Positions 9,186 through 18,708 of a stretch of 64,000 bases of DNA are shown here, piece after piece. A model generated the notes under the pieces. That model was not told where the DNA came from. It saw only the letters and a list, made by a program, of their open reading frames with translations, and ran no database searches. Position 1 is the first letter of the stretch. Each line of letters opens with the position of its first letter. Source of the stretch: a virus (lineage: Duplodnaviria; Caudoviricetes); the IMG/VR virus record IMGVR_UViG_3300020112_000918, positions 32,001 through 96,000 of that record; one strand, written 5' to 3'. The position numbers were made by a program, and so were the translations under genes.

Positions 9186-9649
9186 GAGCATTAAAAACAA
9201 GCCTTGATTTTACGCAGAAGAGATCTGACACTTGGGTCAAGGCTGCTTAACCTCTTCAACAAGGGGTAACTTCTACAAAGAAAAACACTTACTAGTATTT
9301 CTGGCTCGGGACGACAAAGCGTGATGCTACTCCGTAGGGGAATACGCTAAGGCGAGACTGTGGTCTAGCGTTGTAATCGTGGGAAGCAGTTTATGACCCT
9401 GACGTGTAGGTGGAGGAGTGGTGAGGGGAATGAGTACGCCACGTAGAAGCGATCTGAACTTATCGATAAAGGTACCACGGGAAAAACGGTTCAGCGATTT
9501 TTCCTGCTCTGATGATGGCTCCGTAGCTTGAATCATGGGCAACCCTGTCTTTAGGAGACCACCTAACGCCAGAAGCAGTTAGGGACTTTAAGCCACTCGG
9601 CTAAGTAGCGTTTCCTAAGGTCGGGTCTGCTCTTCCGAATCCACCACTC
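9186..9649 (+). ncRNA. putative large structured non-coding RNA
   Basis: No credible ORF, raised GC, many helices (AGCCTTGA/TCAAGGCT, GGAAAAA/TTTTTCC, CCTAAC/GTTAGG, GAGTGGTG/CACCACTC), loop-loop complementarity. Confidence 0.6.
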
Positions 9650-9701
9650 TTGAGATTTCTTTCTTATCTAATTGAGTTCCTATTTTTGAGTGGAGGATTA
9701 A

Positions 9702-10355
9702 ATGTGGAAAAATCTAAGATTACTTTACCTACTTGGCTCTTTATTCTTGTTCTCGTTCTTGCCCTTGCAGGAATTGCATTCTCAGTCTACTCCGAGTATA
9801 ACTTTTACAAATTTAAACATGATGCAGCCACTCGGTATTCCGAACTTGAACAGCAGTATAAATTGGAATCTGCCTCTCTCGCAGCAGAACTGGACTCAAT
9901 TCGACTTCACGCTGATGAGCTTGAACGACTTATCCAGGGCGTTCAATCTGGAGTATCAGAACTCTCAGAACTTAATAGACAATCTACAGAGTCAGCTAAA
10001 CTTCTCGAATCTTCAAATTCTGTCATTGGAGTTATCTTTGGAGAGTACGCAAGACGAACTGCAAAGGTTACAGCAGAGCTTGAACAACTCACTCGAAACT
10101 CAACAAAATATGGACTCCCTAGCCGAACAGATGACAACGGAAACTAATGTTCTGAAAGAAGAAAATAAACTTTATAAGCGTAAGATTAAGAAACTCTGGA
10201 TATCTATTGGAGTTTCTTCTGGAGGAGCAGCTATAGGAAGCCCTCTAATTGTTGAAGGAATTCGAACAGACAATCAAGTGATGACTTGGTCTGGAATAGG
10301 AGTTCTTGGAATAACAGCTATTTTTGATATAGTTTACAACATCTTCATAGAATAA
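9702..10355 (+). CDS. signal-peptide/coiled-coil protein with C-terminal hydrophobic hairpin (spanin partner-like)
   Basis: ATG after same GGAGG; signal-like N-terminus, coiled coil, two Gly-rich hydrophobic C-terminal segments. Confidence 0.6.
   Translation: MWKNLRLLYLLGSLFLFSFLPLQELHSQSTPSITFTNLNMMQPLGIPNLNSSINWNLPLSQQNWTQFDFTLMSLNDLSRAFNLEYQNSQNLIDNLQSQLNFSNLQILSLELSLESTQDELQRLQQSLNNSLETQQNMDSLAEQMTTETNVLKEENKLYKRKIKKLWISIGVSSGGAAIGSPLIVEGIRTDNQVMTWSGIGVLGITAIFDIVYNIFIE
9704..10147 (+). CDS. N-terminal TM + coiled-coil protein (i-spanin-like)
   Basis: GTG start after GGAGG; hydrophobic helix then heptad pattern; upstream of endolysin; nested in another frame of 9702-10355. Confidence 0.55.
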   Translation: MEKSKITLPTWLFILVLVLALAGIAFSVYSEYNFYKFKHDAATRYSELEQQYKLESASLAAELDSIRLHADELERLIQGVQSGVSELSELNRQSTESAKLLESSNSVIGVIFGEYARRTAKVTAELEQLTRNSTKYGLPSRTDDNGN

Positions 10356-10366
10356 GGAGAAAAGAA

Positions 10367-10774
10367 ATGGACACAAAACAGTTTGTAGACAAGTATCTTG
10401 GAACTAAGGTTGACGCAGACGGATTTTATGGAGCACAGTGCGTAGACCTTTTCCGTCAGTTCAATAGAGAAGTTTTCGGCTTTCCTCACACAGGAGGAGT
10501 AGACGGAGCTAAAGATTTGTATGAACTTTACGGTAAACTTCCAGAAGAAAAGAAATACTACGAGCAGATTCGTAAAGAAGGAACTATTCCTCTCGAAGGA
10601 GATATCGTAGTCTTCGGAAAAACTACTAAAAACCAATTCGGTCACGTAGCTATTGTTTTATGGGCTTCCAGAAAGACTATGGTTGTTCTTGAACAGGATG
10701 GTCTGAAACAGGATGGAGCAAAAATCGTAGCTCGTGACTATGACAATGTTCTGGGATTCTTACGTAGGAGATAA
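10367..10774 (+). CDS. CHAP-domain endolysin/amidase
   Basis: DADGFYGAQCVDL (catalytic Cys), GHVAIV (His), LEQD. Confidence 0.9.
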   Translation: MDTKQFVDKYLGTKVDADGFYGAQCVDLFRQFNREVFGFPHTGGVDGAKDLYELYGKLPEEKKYYEQIRKEGTIPLEGDIVVFGKTTKNQFGHVAIVLWASRKTMVVLEQDGLKQDGAKIVARDYDNVLGFLRRR

Positions 10775-10776
10775 AC

Positions 10777-11382
10777 TTGCCTAAAAAGATTCAGAACAAC
10801 TGGACGTTGCGTAAGCTGATCCAGAACACGTATGCCCATCAGTATTCTCGAACTCGCTTTGCCTATAAGCTAAGAGATATGGTAAAGGTCATACGTGTTG
10901 AACAAGTCTCTGTTTACAATGGAAAAGACCCTGGAAAAGCCCGAACAAAATACGTCATCACGACTCGTTCAACTCCTCAGTACTATCCTTACTACACTAA
11001 GAAAGATGCTTGGGGAAGAACTAGACAACGTCAGACACGCTACCATCACGAATACGCAGTTACTATTCAGATGGATACTCTTTCTCTAGACGTTCCGTTT
11101 AAGGGCAGAGTAGGTTCAATAGGAGCTTGGGATTTTTCAAAAAGAGGTTCCCCTATTCGTTTACCTAACGGAAAAGTCAAAGAAGGAACTAACTACCAGA
11201 AAGGAATTAACGCAGACTTCTGGTTTAGATGTTCTTGGGTGTGGCAGCAGGAAGGAATTCTTTTCGGTAAGAACTATGCAAAAGGTGCTCCTGTAAAGGT
11301 TAATCCTAACAGAATTGTTTTTGCTCCAAAGCACTTCTTAGCCGTAGTTCAGTACCTTATGGAAAGGGGAATTTTACACTAA
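10777..11382 (+). CDS. hypothetical basic protein
   Basis: 201-aa ORF, SD AGGAG with TTG start. Confidence 0.65.
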   Translation: MPKKIQNNWTLRKLIQNTYAHQYSRTRFAYKLRDMVKVIRVEQVSVYNGKDPGKARTKYVITTRSTPQYYPYYTKKDAWGRTRQRQTRYHHEYAVTIQMDTLSLDVPFKGRVGSIGAWDFSKRGSPIRLPNGKVKEGTNYQKGINADFWFRCSWVWQQEGILFGKNYAKGAPVKVNPNRIVFAPKHFLAVVQYLMERGILH

Positions 11383-11395
11383 GGGAGCAAAATAG

Positions 11396-11671
11396 ATGGA
11401 AAACTATTCAGACGTCTTAGATAAAGAAGCAATCATTGAGAGAGTATTTACTCAGGAGTTTGACTTCGGAGATTACTCTCTTGTAAGAGTAAATAATCAC
11501 TGGGAGATCCAGTTTGAAGATGAAGAGGGAGCTCAGTCAATTGTTATTCAGCCAGATGACTTTGATGAAAAAGATGAATTCCAGTTTATGATTGGTACAA
11601 AAGAATACACGTTCTCAAAATCTTCTTTTCTTAAAGTTGAAAATTTCTGTTTGGAGAATCACCTTATTTAG
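11396..11671 (+). CDS. hypothetical acidic protein
   Basis: 91-aa ORF with SD. Confidence 0.6.
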   Translation: MENYSDVLDKEAIIERVFTQEFDFGDYSLVRVNNHWEIQFEDEEGAQSIVIQPDDFDEKDEFQFMIGTKEYTFSKSSFLKVENFCLENHLI

Positions 11672-11682
11672 CCTATTTCTTT

Positions 11683-12066
11683 ATGGCAGTATATGTAGAT
11701 TATGACCTTACAGGAACTTCAAACCAACAAGGTAACATTCCCGTTTTAACAGATCAAGAAGCTCTCTCTAATGCAATCAAGCTCTGGCTATGTTCATTCA
11801 GAGGGGAAAGACTCTACCGTCCCAATAAAGGAGGATGGATTGTCGGTTCTCTTATGAAGCCAATGTCAGAAGACCGTGCCGTTGAAATGGAAAAGAATAT
11901 CAAGATAGGACTGAGAACAGACTTTCAGCCCTCTATTGAAGTAACTAGATGTAAGGTTACTCCTGACTACGAAAATAGTTGTTACTACGTTCACGTAGAA
12001 GGAAGATGTCCTGCATTCCGTTCATCTGTATACTCCGATGTAACTGTAAAACATCTGCACAGGTAG
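11683..12066 (+). CDS. baseplate wedge subunit, gp25-like
   Basis: EALSNAIKLWL...GERLYRPNKG motif. Confidence 0.85.
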   Translation: MAVYVDYDLTGTSNQQGNIPVLTDQEALSNAIKLWLCSFRGERLYRPNKGGWIVGSLMKPMSEDRAVEMEKNIKIGLRTDFQPSIEVTRCKVTPDYENSCYYVHVEGRCPAFRSSVYSDVTVKHLHR

Positions 12067-12075
12067 AGGTTTTAT

Positions 12076-13881
12076 ATGGCAGTTATTAAATTCGACTATA
12101 ATTCCGTTCTGGAAAGACTTAAGGCAAGAGTTCTTGCTCGACTTGGAGGGGAACAGATTCTGCTTTTCTCTACTAACTCGGCTTTCCTTGAAGCAGCTGC
12201 TGAAGAATTTGCGGACGCAGCTCTTTATGATGAATTTCTTACCCGTGAAGCAGTCTGGGAAACAGCTCAGGGTTACGGTTCTATTATGAAGCAGGTAGGC
12301 TTCTACGCTTACAAACCTCACAGAAAAGTTGGAGCTACAGGTCAGGTTCGTTTGTCTACTTCTTCTAGTTTTGACGGTTCTTGGGGAACTAATATAAACA
12401 TCCCTAAGTTTTTTCAGGTTTCAGGTGGCGGACTTTCTTTCCTTACTAAAGAAAGCACTTATCTCGCTGCAAATGCAAACTATGTAGATGTAACTGTAAT
12501 TCAGGGAGAAAAGATTGAACGCTCAGTCGAAATTACTTCAACTGCTTATCCTGAGCTTAAATACGCTACAGTAACTATAAAAGACTCAGACATTGAAAAC
12601 ACTCTATACTCTGTAAAAGTAAACGGAACTGTTTGGACTGAAGTAGATTCGATTCGTCTGGCTTCTTCTAATGAAGACCTTTTCTACACTTTGAAAACTT
12701 TGCCAGATTTTTCTGGAGTTGAAATATCATTCGGTAACGGAGTATTTGGTAGAAAACTTGAATACGGAGACACTGTGACCTTTGAATACCTACAGACAGC
12801 TGGAGCTAACAGCAATGTTCTTTCTAGTGGAATCATAACTTCTGCTGATACAAAGATTAAAGATGAATCTGGAACAGAAGTTACTTTCTATTGTACTAAC
12901 TTAGACGCTCTTGTAGGTGGATCAGGATATGAAAGTATCAATGACATCCGTTCATCTGCACCTCTTTCTTTTCAGACAGGTAACCGTGCTATTTCTTCTT
13001 CTGACTATGCTACTTTAATTAAGCAGACAAACTTAGTAGATAAAGTTCAAGTATGGGGAGAAAAAGAGATTAACGAAGACGCTGGAAACAGACCTGGAAC
13101 TTATGTAGAATCTTCTGAAAACCTGATTTACATAACAGGAATTACAATCGACTCAGAAACAGGTACGGGGCTTCCTTTGTCTGAAACCTCTAAAACTCTT
13201 ATTCGTGAAGCTCTTAATGACAAGAAAGGAACTACAGACATTCTTCAGTTTATTGATACTCAGATAGTTTATGTAACCTTTAATTCTGAAGTCTATATTT
13301 CTAACACAAAATATTCTTCAGAACAGGTTGTGGGAAATATTCACAAAGCTCTAGCAGAAGAGTATGCTCTGACAGGTTCTGCCTACAAAAAGAATCTTTA
13401 CTTCTCAGACTACTACAGAACAATAGATGCTGCTGAGGGAGTTGACCATCATAAGACTTCTCTCTCATTTACAGAATTTTATAATTTCTCTTCTGCTTAC
13501 ATGTTAACCGCAAATCTTAACTTGTCTAATATCGCTCCAGGAACTGTTAAGCTCTTTATTAGAGATGCTTCTCAGGATGAAGACTGGAAAGCTCTGGGAC
13601 ATGATAATGGCTACGGCTTAATCCTTGGAGATGAAATCGATCCTAGTGATCCTTCAAAGGGTAACTATGACCTGAATTCTGCTTCTATCTCATATAGCGA
13701 TGGTTCAATTGGAAACATTCTTGTTTCCTATGGCTTGTCACAGCCTTTCTCTAACTATCAGATAAAGATTGAATTCGGTCAGCAGGATTCTGAAGAAGGC
13801 GACCTTATTTTGAAATACAGACAGCAGTTGTTTGCTTTCTACAAAGACAAGATCACTACTCATATTATGGGGGTTGCTTAA
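12076..13881 (+). CDS. baseplate wedge subunit, gp6-like
   Basis: ISFGNGVFGRKL, GGSGYESINDIR..AP...NRAISSSDY. Confidence 0.9.
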   Translation: MAVIKFDYNSVLERLKARVLARLGGEQILLFSTNSAFLEAAAEEFADAALYDEFLTREAVWETAQGYGSIMKQVGFYAYKPHRKVGATGQVRLSTSSSFDGSWGTNINIPKFFQVSGGGLSFLTKESTYLAANANYVDVTVIQGEKIERSVEITSTAYPELKYATVTIKDSDIENTLYSVKVNGTVWTEVDSIRLASSNEDLFYTLKTLPDFSGVEISFGNGVFGRKLEYGDTVTFEYLQTAGANSNVLSSGIITSADTKIKDESGTEVTFYCTNLDALVGGSGYESINDIRSSAPLSFQTGNRAISSSDYATLIKQTNLVDKVQVWGEKEINEDAGNRPGTYVESSENLIYITGITIDSETGTGLPLSETSKTLIREALNDKKGTTDILQFIDTQIVYVTFNSEVYISNTKYSSEQVVGNIHKALAEEYALTGSAYKKNLYFSDYYRTIDAAEGVDHHKTSLSFTEFYNFSSAYMLTANLNLSNIAPGTVKLFIRDASQDEDWKALGHDNGYGLILGDEIDPSDPSKGNYDLNSASISYSDGSIGNILVSYGLSQPFSNYQIKIEFGQQDSEEGDLILKYRQQLFAFYKDKITTHIMGVA

Positions 13882-15626
13882 TGAGTGACGACCTTTACAC
13901 AGAAAAACGAATTCCTCCTGTTCTTAAGGGAACTATATACCAGACTTTTCTTGAAGCTATTGCGGAAGAAATTAGTCTTTTCCGAGATCAGATGTATCAG
14001 CAGAAAACTTCTTTCTATGACCCTGAGAAAATGGAAAAAGAACGACTAATCCAGATATCAGAAAACTTCGGAGTTCCTTTCTCAACCGTTGTTCGAGATG
14101 ATCTTGACTTTTTAAGACAAGAAGTAAATAACATTGGATTTAAACTGTTCTACAAAGGCACTCCTACCTTGTATAAGTCTTTCTTTTTGTCTATCGACAG
14201 AATCGGTCAGATGTTTATTTACACATACTCTTCTGCATCAAACTACCTGCAGAGAAGTATGAAAGACCCTTGTGACTCAGCAGCTTCCACAGATAAGAAT
14301 CTTCCTTTTCTGTTTAAGTCTAAGAATGACTTCTCGGGCGTAGTAAAAGACTTCCTTACTTTGGACTCTGGATTTATTTTGGATGATTCTCCTGCCTTTA
14401 AGCTCGATACAAGTAATTCTAAGATTTCTTCAAACCATATAGGTCTTGAATACTTTATCGATAGAATAATTCGTAAAAATAATAAAGACTACCTTATGAC
14501 TGATGAGTATCTTTTGTTCTTGTCAGAAAACATTAACTGGGGAAGACGCTGTAAAGAAGTTCCTCATATCGGCTCCCAGCTTTCTATCCAAACAGACTTG
14601 TCGGGAAAGATTAATTTTCTGTTCCCTGATCAAGAATTTTCCGTTCCTTCTCTTAAGACAAACGTAGTTGCTAGTCCGAACTTGCTTGATTACATTTCTA
14701 GTCAGTACGATATTACGGAAGCAAGGTTCGGAATAGGGTCGAAAATTCTTCCTTCTGTTCAGAATCCAGACATACCTTTCCCTACTGACCTTGAATCTAC
14801 TGTAGCTGTTATGTCTGTAAATTCTTCAGATACTTACGAAAACGAAAGCTACGTAGGAGCTACAGGAGAATACATCGGACAGGAAATTCGTCAGCTTAAG
14901 ATTAAAGATGACTTTTCTGGTTCAGAAACTCATTTTAATTTTACTTTACCTCTGGCTCCTATACGTAAAGGGAACGTCTGCTTGTCTATAAAGCAGCACG
15001 GGCTTGCAGATCCTCTTTACGTTCTTGATGATAAAAAAGGTATCTTCAAGTCTAATAAGATGCTTGGTTCTATTGACTATGAAACAGGAAACTGCACTCT
15101 TGATACAGACTTTGAGTACGATACCTCTTACGTTGTTTCAGACGCTTTTTCTGAAGAAGACCCTGGACTCTGGGCTTATGTCGTAGACAAAGATGAAACT
15201 GACCTGACTCCAGGCTCTGTAAAGATTACGTTTACAATGGGAGAAGGATCTTCTAAGAAGACTTACACAGTAGCTGATGACGGAGAGGGACATTTCCAGA
15301 GCAGCCCCGTAATTGTTGCATCAGAGATTAACTACGAGTCTGGAGAAATTCAGATTCGATTCACGCAAACTCTTTCAAAAGATTCTTCTATAGAAAACAA
15401 GTATTCATACCATGTTTCTTGGAAGCCAGAAGCAGAAGATATTCTTTATGCTTCTTACTTCTTCGTCTTGAACTCTATTGAGATTACAGAACTTGGATTC
15501 TTCAATACGAAAGGAGATCTGCTCGTTTATGCAACTTTTCCTCCTCTTCAGTTCTCTTCAACAGAATTTCATTGCAACTTTACGATTCTTGTTGATAAGA
15601 AAGCTGCGGAAGAAAAAACAGATTAA
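13881..15626 (+). CDS. baseplate wedge/tail protein (gp7-like)
   Basis: Follows gp6; YKGT motif; C-terminal ITELGFFN..GDLLVYATFP. Confidence 0.7.
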   Translation: MSDDLYTEKRIPPVLKGTIYQTFLEAIAEEISLFRDQMYQQKTSFYDPEKMEKERLIQISENFGVPFSTVVRDDLDFLRQEVNNIGFKLFYKGTPTLYKSFFLSIDRIGQMFIYTYSSASNYLQRSMKDPCDSAASTDKNLPFLFKSKNDFSGVVKDFLTLDSGFILDDSPAFKLDTSNSKISSNHIGLEYFIDRIIRKNNKDYLMTDEYLLFLSENINWGRRCKEVPHIGSQLSIQTDLSGKINFLFPDQEFSVPSLKTNVVASPNLLDYISSQYDITEARFGIGSKILPSVQNPDIPFPTDLESTVAVMSVNSSDTYENESYVGATGEYIGQEIRQLKIKDDFSGSETHFNFTLPLAPIRKGNVCLSIKQHGLADPLYVLDDKKGIFKSNKMLGSIDYETGNCTLDTDFEYDTSYVVSDAFSEEDPGLWAYVVDKDETDLTPGSVKITFTMGEGSSKKTYTVADDGEGHFQSSPVIVASEINYESGEIQIRFTQTLSKDSSIENKYSYHVSWKPEAEDILYASYFFVLNSIEITELGFFNTKGDLLVYATFPPLQFSSTEFHCNFTILVDKKAAEEKTD

Positions 15627-15634
15627 GGGCTTCT

Positions 15635-15659
15635 GGAAGCCTATTTAATTATCTTTAAA
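15635..15659 (+). repeat. 25-bp direct repeat copy 1 (contains CCTATTT)
   Basis: GGAAGCCTATTTAATTATCTTTAAA identical to 17274-17298. Confidence 0.9.
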
Positions 15660-15727
15660 AACAAAAGCCTTTCCTGCTACCAACAAGAAAGGCTTTCTAA
15701 ACACATCAAATAAAAGAGGTATTTGCT

Positions 15728-17287
15728 ATGTCTGAAAAAATAGTTGAATGTTCTATTTGTGGAAAAATCCATAAAGTTTGCTCTTATTATATTTCAGAGA
15801 GAACTTTTACTCCTCATGAAGTTACTTGTCCTGTATGCGGAAAAATCTTTATTATAAAGTGGCAAGCAGCTCAAGCTCGTCAAAAAGAAAATGTAGATGA
15901 GTCTTACTGTGCAAAATGTCTTCAAAAACATACTGCTTTAAGACTTTACGGAGTAGAATACCCTATGCGTTCTCCTAAGATTGTCGCAAAAGCTAAGGCA
16001 ACTTGTTTAAAGAAGTATGGAACTTCTTCTCCTCTAAATAAAGAGTGCTCCGTTAGAATAGAACATGAAAAAGAATTTAAAGAAGGTTCTATAAAGGGAG
16101 GACAAGGAAAAGAATCTCCTTTTAAAGACCCTCAAATAAGAGAAAAAGCCCGTAAAGTCATTAAAGAAAAATACGGGGTAGACAATGTAATGAAATCCGA
16201 CGAAATTAAGTCTCGATTTCAGAAAACGATGATAGAAAAATATGGTTCTCCTTGGGCTATGCAGTCAGAGCAGCTTAAACAACGAATGAGTGATTCTTGC
16301 TTGAAAAATAATGGAGCACCTTGGCCAGCTCAAAGTCCAGAAATTCGAAAACAAATGTCTCAGACCTGTTTCGAAAAATATGGAACTATTCATCCTAATA
16401 TTGGATCTCAGTCTAAAGAAGAAAAAGAAATTTTTAACTATATATCATCTTTAGGGTTTAAACCGATTTCAGGATTTGTTGACTGGGGAACGGGAACTCA
16501 AGAAATAGATATCTTTATTCCTGAACTAAAAGTAGGATTTGAATATAACGGTCTTTATTTTCATTCTACAGCCTGTAAAGTAAATCCTCTTTATCATCAT
16601 GAAAAATCTGTCAAGGCTTTAAACTCAGGGATTAAACTTTATCACTTATGGTCGAGAGAAGATCTTTCCTTGCTTAAAAGTGTTGTAGCTTCTAAACTAG
16701 GAAAGTGTAAGAAACTTTATGCTCGAAATCTTACTGTAAAGTCTGTTTCTACACTAGAAGCTAATAGTTTTTATAATAAAAATCATATTCAAGGCTCTGT
16801 TGGAGTAAGCTCATTTCATTATGGACTTTTTGAAGGAGATACTTTAATATCTTGTATGTCTTTTAGAACCTTTCACCCAGGAACAGTAGAGCTTTCTAGA
16901 TTTGCAACTCAGCAATTTACTCAAGTTATAGGAGGATTTAGTAAGCTCTGGTCTTATTTTGAAAGACATAATACAAAGTACTTGCATGCAGTATCTTTTG
17001 CCATGAGAGATATTTGTCCTGTTTGGCAGGAAACTGTTTACGCTAAAACGGGATGGAATAAAACTTTAGAGTACTCTAATCAATTATTCTACACAGACTG
17101 TACTCGACTTCTTAATAGACAAAACTTTATGAAACAAAAATTAAAAGACTTGTGGGAATGGAAATCGGAATATAATTCAATGACCGAAGTTCAAATCTGT
17201 CAAGACCATGGAATTTATGCTATTTATAATTCGGGCTGCTGGAAATTTGAAAAAGACTTAGTCCCTCTAAATCGGAAGCCTATTTAA
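15728..17287 (+). CDS. free-standing Hef-like homing endonuclease (Zn ribbons, KYG repeats, PD-(D/E)XK/Vsr-like core)
   Basis: CxxC pairs, repeated (E/K)KYGxxxP, EIDIFIPELKVGFEYNGLYFHS, NHIQG, ELSRFAT. Confidence 0.8.
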   Translation: MSEKIVECSICGKIHKVCSYYISERTFTPHEVTCPVCGKIFIIKWQAAQARQKENVDESYCAKCLQKHTALRLYGVEYPMRSPKIVAKAKATCLKKYGTSSPLNKECSVRIEHEKEFKEGSIKGGQGKESPFKDPQIREKARKVIKEKYGVDNVMKSDEIKSRFQKTMIEKYGSPWAMQSEQLKQRMSDSCLKNNGAPWPAQSPEIRKQMSQTCFEKYGTIHPNIGSQSKEEKEIFNYISSLGFKPISGFVDWGTGTQEIDIFIPELKVGFEYNGLYFHSTACKVNPLYHHEKSVKALNSGIKLYHLWSREDLSLLKSVVASKLGKCKKLYARNLTVKSVSTLEANSFYNKNHIQGSVGVSSFHYGLFEGDTLISCMSFRTFHPGTVELSRFATQQFTQVIGGFSKLWSYFERHNTKYLHAVSFAMRDICPVWQETVYAKTGWNKTLEYSNQLFYTDCTRLLNRQNFMKQKLKDLWEWKSEYNSMTEVQICQDHGIYAIYNSGCWKFEKDLVPLNRKPI

Positions 17288-17298
17288 TTATCTTTAAA
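17274..17298 (+). repeat. 25-bp direct repeat copy 2 (putative promoter of tail tube gene)
   Basis: Identical to 15635-15659. Confidence 0.9.
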
Positions 17299-17325
17299 GA
17301 AATCTTACTAGTAAGGAGATACACT

Positions 17326-17856
17326 ATGTCAATTGATAGCGTTTATGCAATGGGCGACGATGCTTTAGGAAATATGGCAGAAATCGAAGTTGGAGCATTT
17401 TCTCTCTTCGGTGACTTGAAAGACAACCTTAAGTATCGTACTACTAACATTTCTGTTCCTGGATTCGCAATGGGCGAATACATGGTTGCATGGAAGACAC
17501 AGCAGTTCCCTAAGCCAAACGGAAAAGATGAAACTCCAAAGCAGTTTACTTGTCAGTTCCGTGTTGACAAATACTATACAGTTTACAAATCTCTCTTGGC
17601 TTGGTGGCAGTATGAATGCAATTCAGACACTGGTGCTATGGCAGAAGATGTTGGAGCTGTTTCAGGAACTTCTAACATTCGTACAGACATTCAGGTTCGA
17701 ACAGTTGATTCAAACGGTGTTACTACTAACGAAGGATTCAAATTCGAAAAGGCTTACATCAAAGAACTTTCGGGATTTGACTATGACGTTAACTCTGGTG
17801 ACCCTTTGTCTTGTACTGTTACTTGGAGCTACGTAAAAATGCTCCCACTTTTCTAA
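17326..17856 (+). CDS. tail tube protein (gp19-like)
   Basis: 176 aa; ISVPG, YKSLLAWW, AYIKELSGFDYD..GDPLSCTVTWSY. Confidence 0.8.
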   Translation: MSIDSVYAMGDDALGNMAEIEVGAFSLFGDLKDNLKYRTTNISVPGFAMGEYMVAWKTQQFPKPNGKDETPKQFTCQFRVDKYYTVYKSLLAWWQYECNSDTGAMAEDVGAVSGTSNIRTDIQVRTVDSNGVTTNEGFKFEKAYIKELSGFDYDVNSGDPLSCTVTWSYVKMLPLF

Positions 17857-17876
17857 TCAGAAAGAGAGTAGAAATG

Positions 17877-17907
17877 AAAAGAGGAGACCTTCGAGGTCTC
17901 CTTTTTT
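17877..17907. terminator. bidirectional terminator at strand switch
   Basis: AAAA..AGGAGACCT-TCG-AGGTCTCCT-TTTTT between convergent genes. Confidence 0.85.
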
Positions 17908-18055
17908 AACCGAAAATAAATGCCAGTAGAGTTTCTATTTTTATTTGAATCTCCATTGCTTGACGGATTAGTTTAGGGTCGTGAGTTTCGATGAACTTGT
18001 GAAGTATTTGATCTTGTTCATCTTGTAAGTGAACAACTTTATCGCTATCTGACAT
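17906..18055 (-). CDS. small hypothetical protein (49 aa, not in ORF track)
   Basis: MSDSDKVVHLQDEQDQILHKFIETHDPKLIRQAMEIQIKIETLLAFIFG; ATG 5 nt after CCTATTT (18061-18067). Confidence 0.6.
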   Translation of the reverse strand: MSDSDKVVHLQDEQDQILHKFIETHDPKLIRQAMEIQIKIETLLAFIFG

Positions 18056-18113
18056 GCAGTAAATAGGTGTTTACGCTATCAGTAACCCCCCCCGAAAATA
18101 CAGAAGCTCAGGC

Positions 18114-18341
18114 TTAAAAGTCTTCTCCCGCATCATCATCCGTTTCATGGATAGTTCGTTTTCCTCCATGAAAAACAGTCAAGCATTCACTCAGTTCCGC
18201 ATAAGCTCTACGCACAGGAGAGCGAGTAGGTTTTTCCCAGAGATCAGGCTTATCCATCTGTTCCTGAATTGCCTGAATTTCTGCCACAGTAAGTTTAACA
18301 CAAACCTTAGGATGTCTCTGTCCTTTCATTTTATCCTCCAA
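18114..18341 (-). CDS. hypothetical protein
   Basis: ORF with GGAGG; real start probably at second Met. Confidence 0.55.
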   Translation of the reverse strand: MEDKMKGQRHPKVCVKLTVAEIQAIQEQMDKPDLWEKPTRSPVRRAYAELSECLTVFHGGKRTIHETDDDAGEDF

Positions 18342-18344
18342 CTT

Positions 18345-18707
18345 TTAGCAAGGAATTGCTCGAGCTATAAGCCCTTGTTCTGCGTATTCCTCTACTTTTT
18401 TCATAGCCTTATTTTTAGACAAACCTACGTGTTTTACGTAGAAAAGATAATCGTCTTCTGATTGAACGGATACTCTGTAAAACTGAGTTATCTTTCCAGG
18501 AGACTTTCCACCGTGTGCTCCCTTAGGAACATAGGTAATGACTTTCTGATAGTCTTCTTCAGAATACAGATTTGTTATTCCAATCTTATCTACAGGGACT
18601 ATCCCGAGACGCTTTATCCTTTTGTCAAGAGCATTTCTAGAAATCCCTGTAGCTGCTTCCATCTCGTGAAGCGTTCTTTTTCCTTCCATTAGATTTTCTA
18701 ACCTCAA
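18345..18707 (-). CDS. HTH DNA-binding protein
   Basis: TLHEMEAATGISRNALDKRIKRLGI helix-turn-helix pattern. Confidence 0.65.
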   Translation of the reverse strand: MRLENLMEGKRTLHEMEAATGISRNALDKRIKRLGIVPVDKIGITNLYSEEDYQKVITYVPKGAHGGKSPGKITQFYRVSVQSEDDYLFYVKHVGLSKNKAMKKVEEYAEQGLIARAIPC

Positions 18708-18708
18708 A

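Noticed and set aside
9327-9542. 71-aa minus-strand ORF
   Set aside because: No SD, atypical composition, antisense to the structured RNA
18086-18093. C8 homopolymer near a promoter as a phase-variation tract
   Set aside because: Short, single, and no evidence of length variation available
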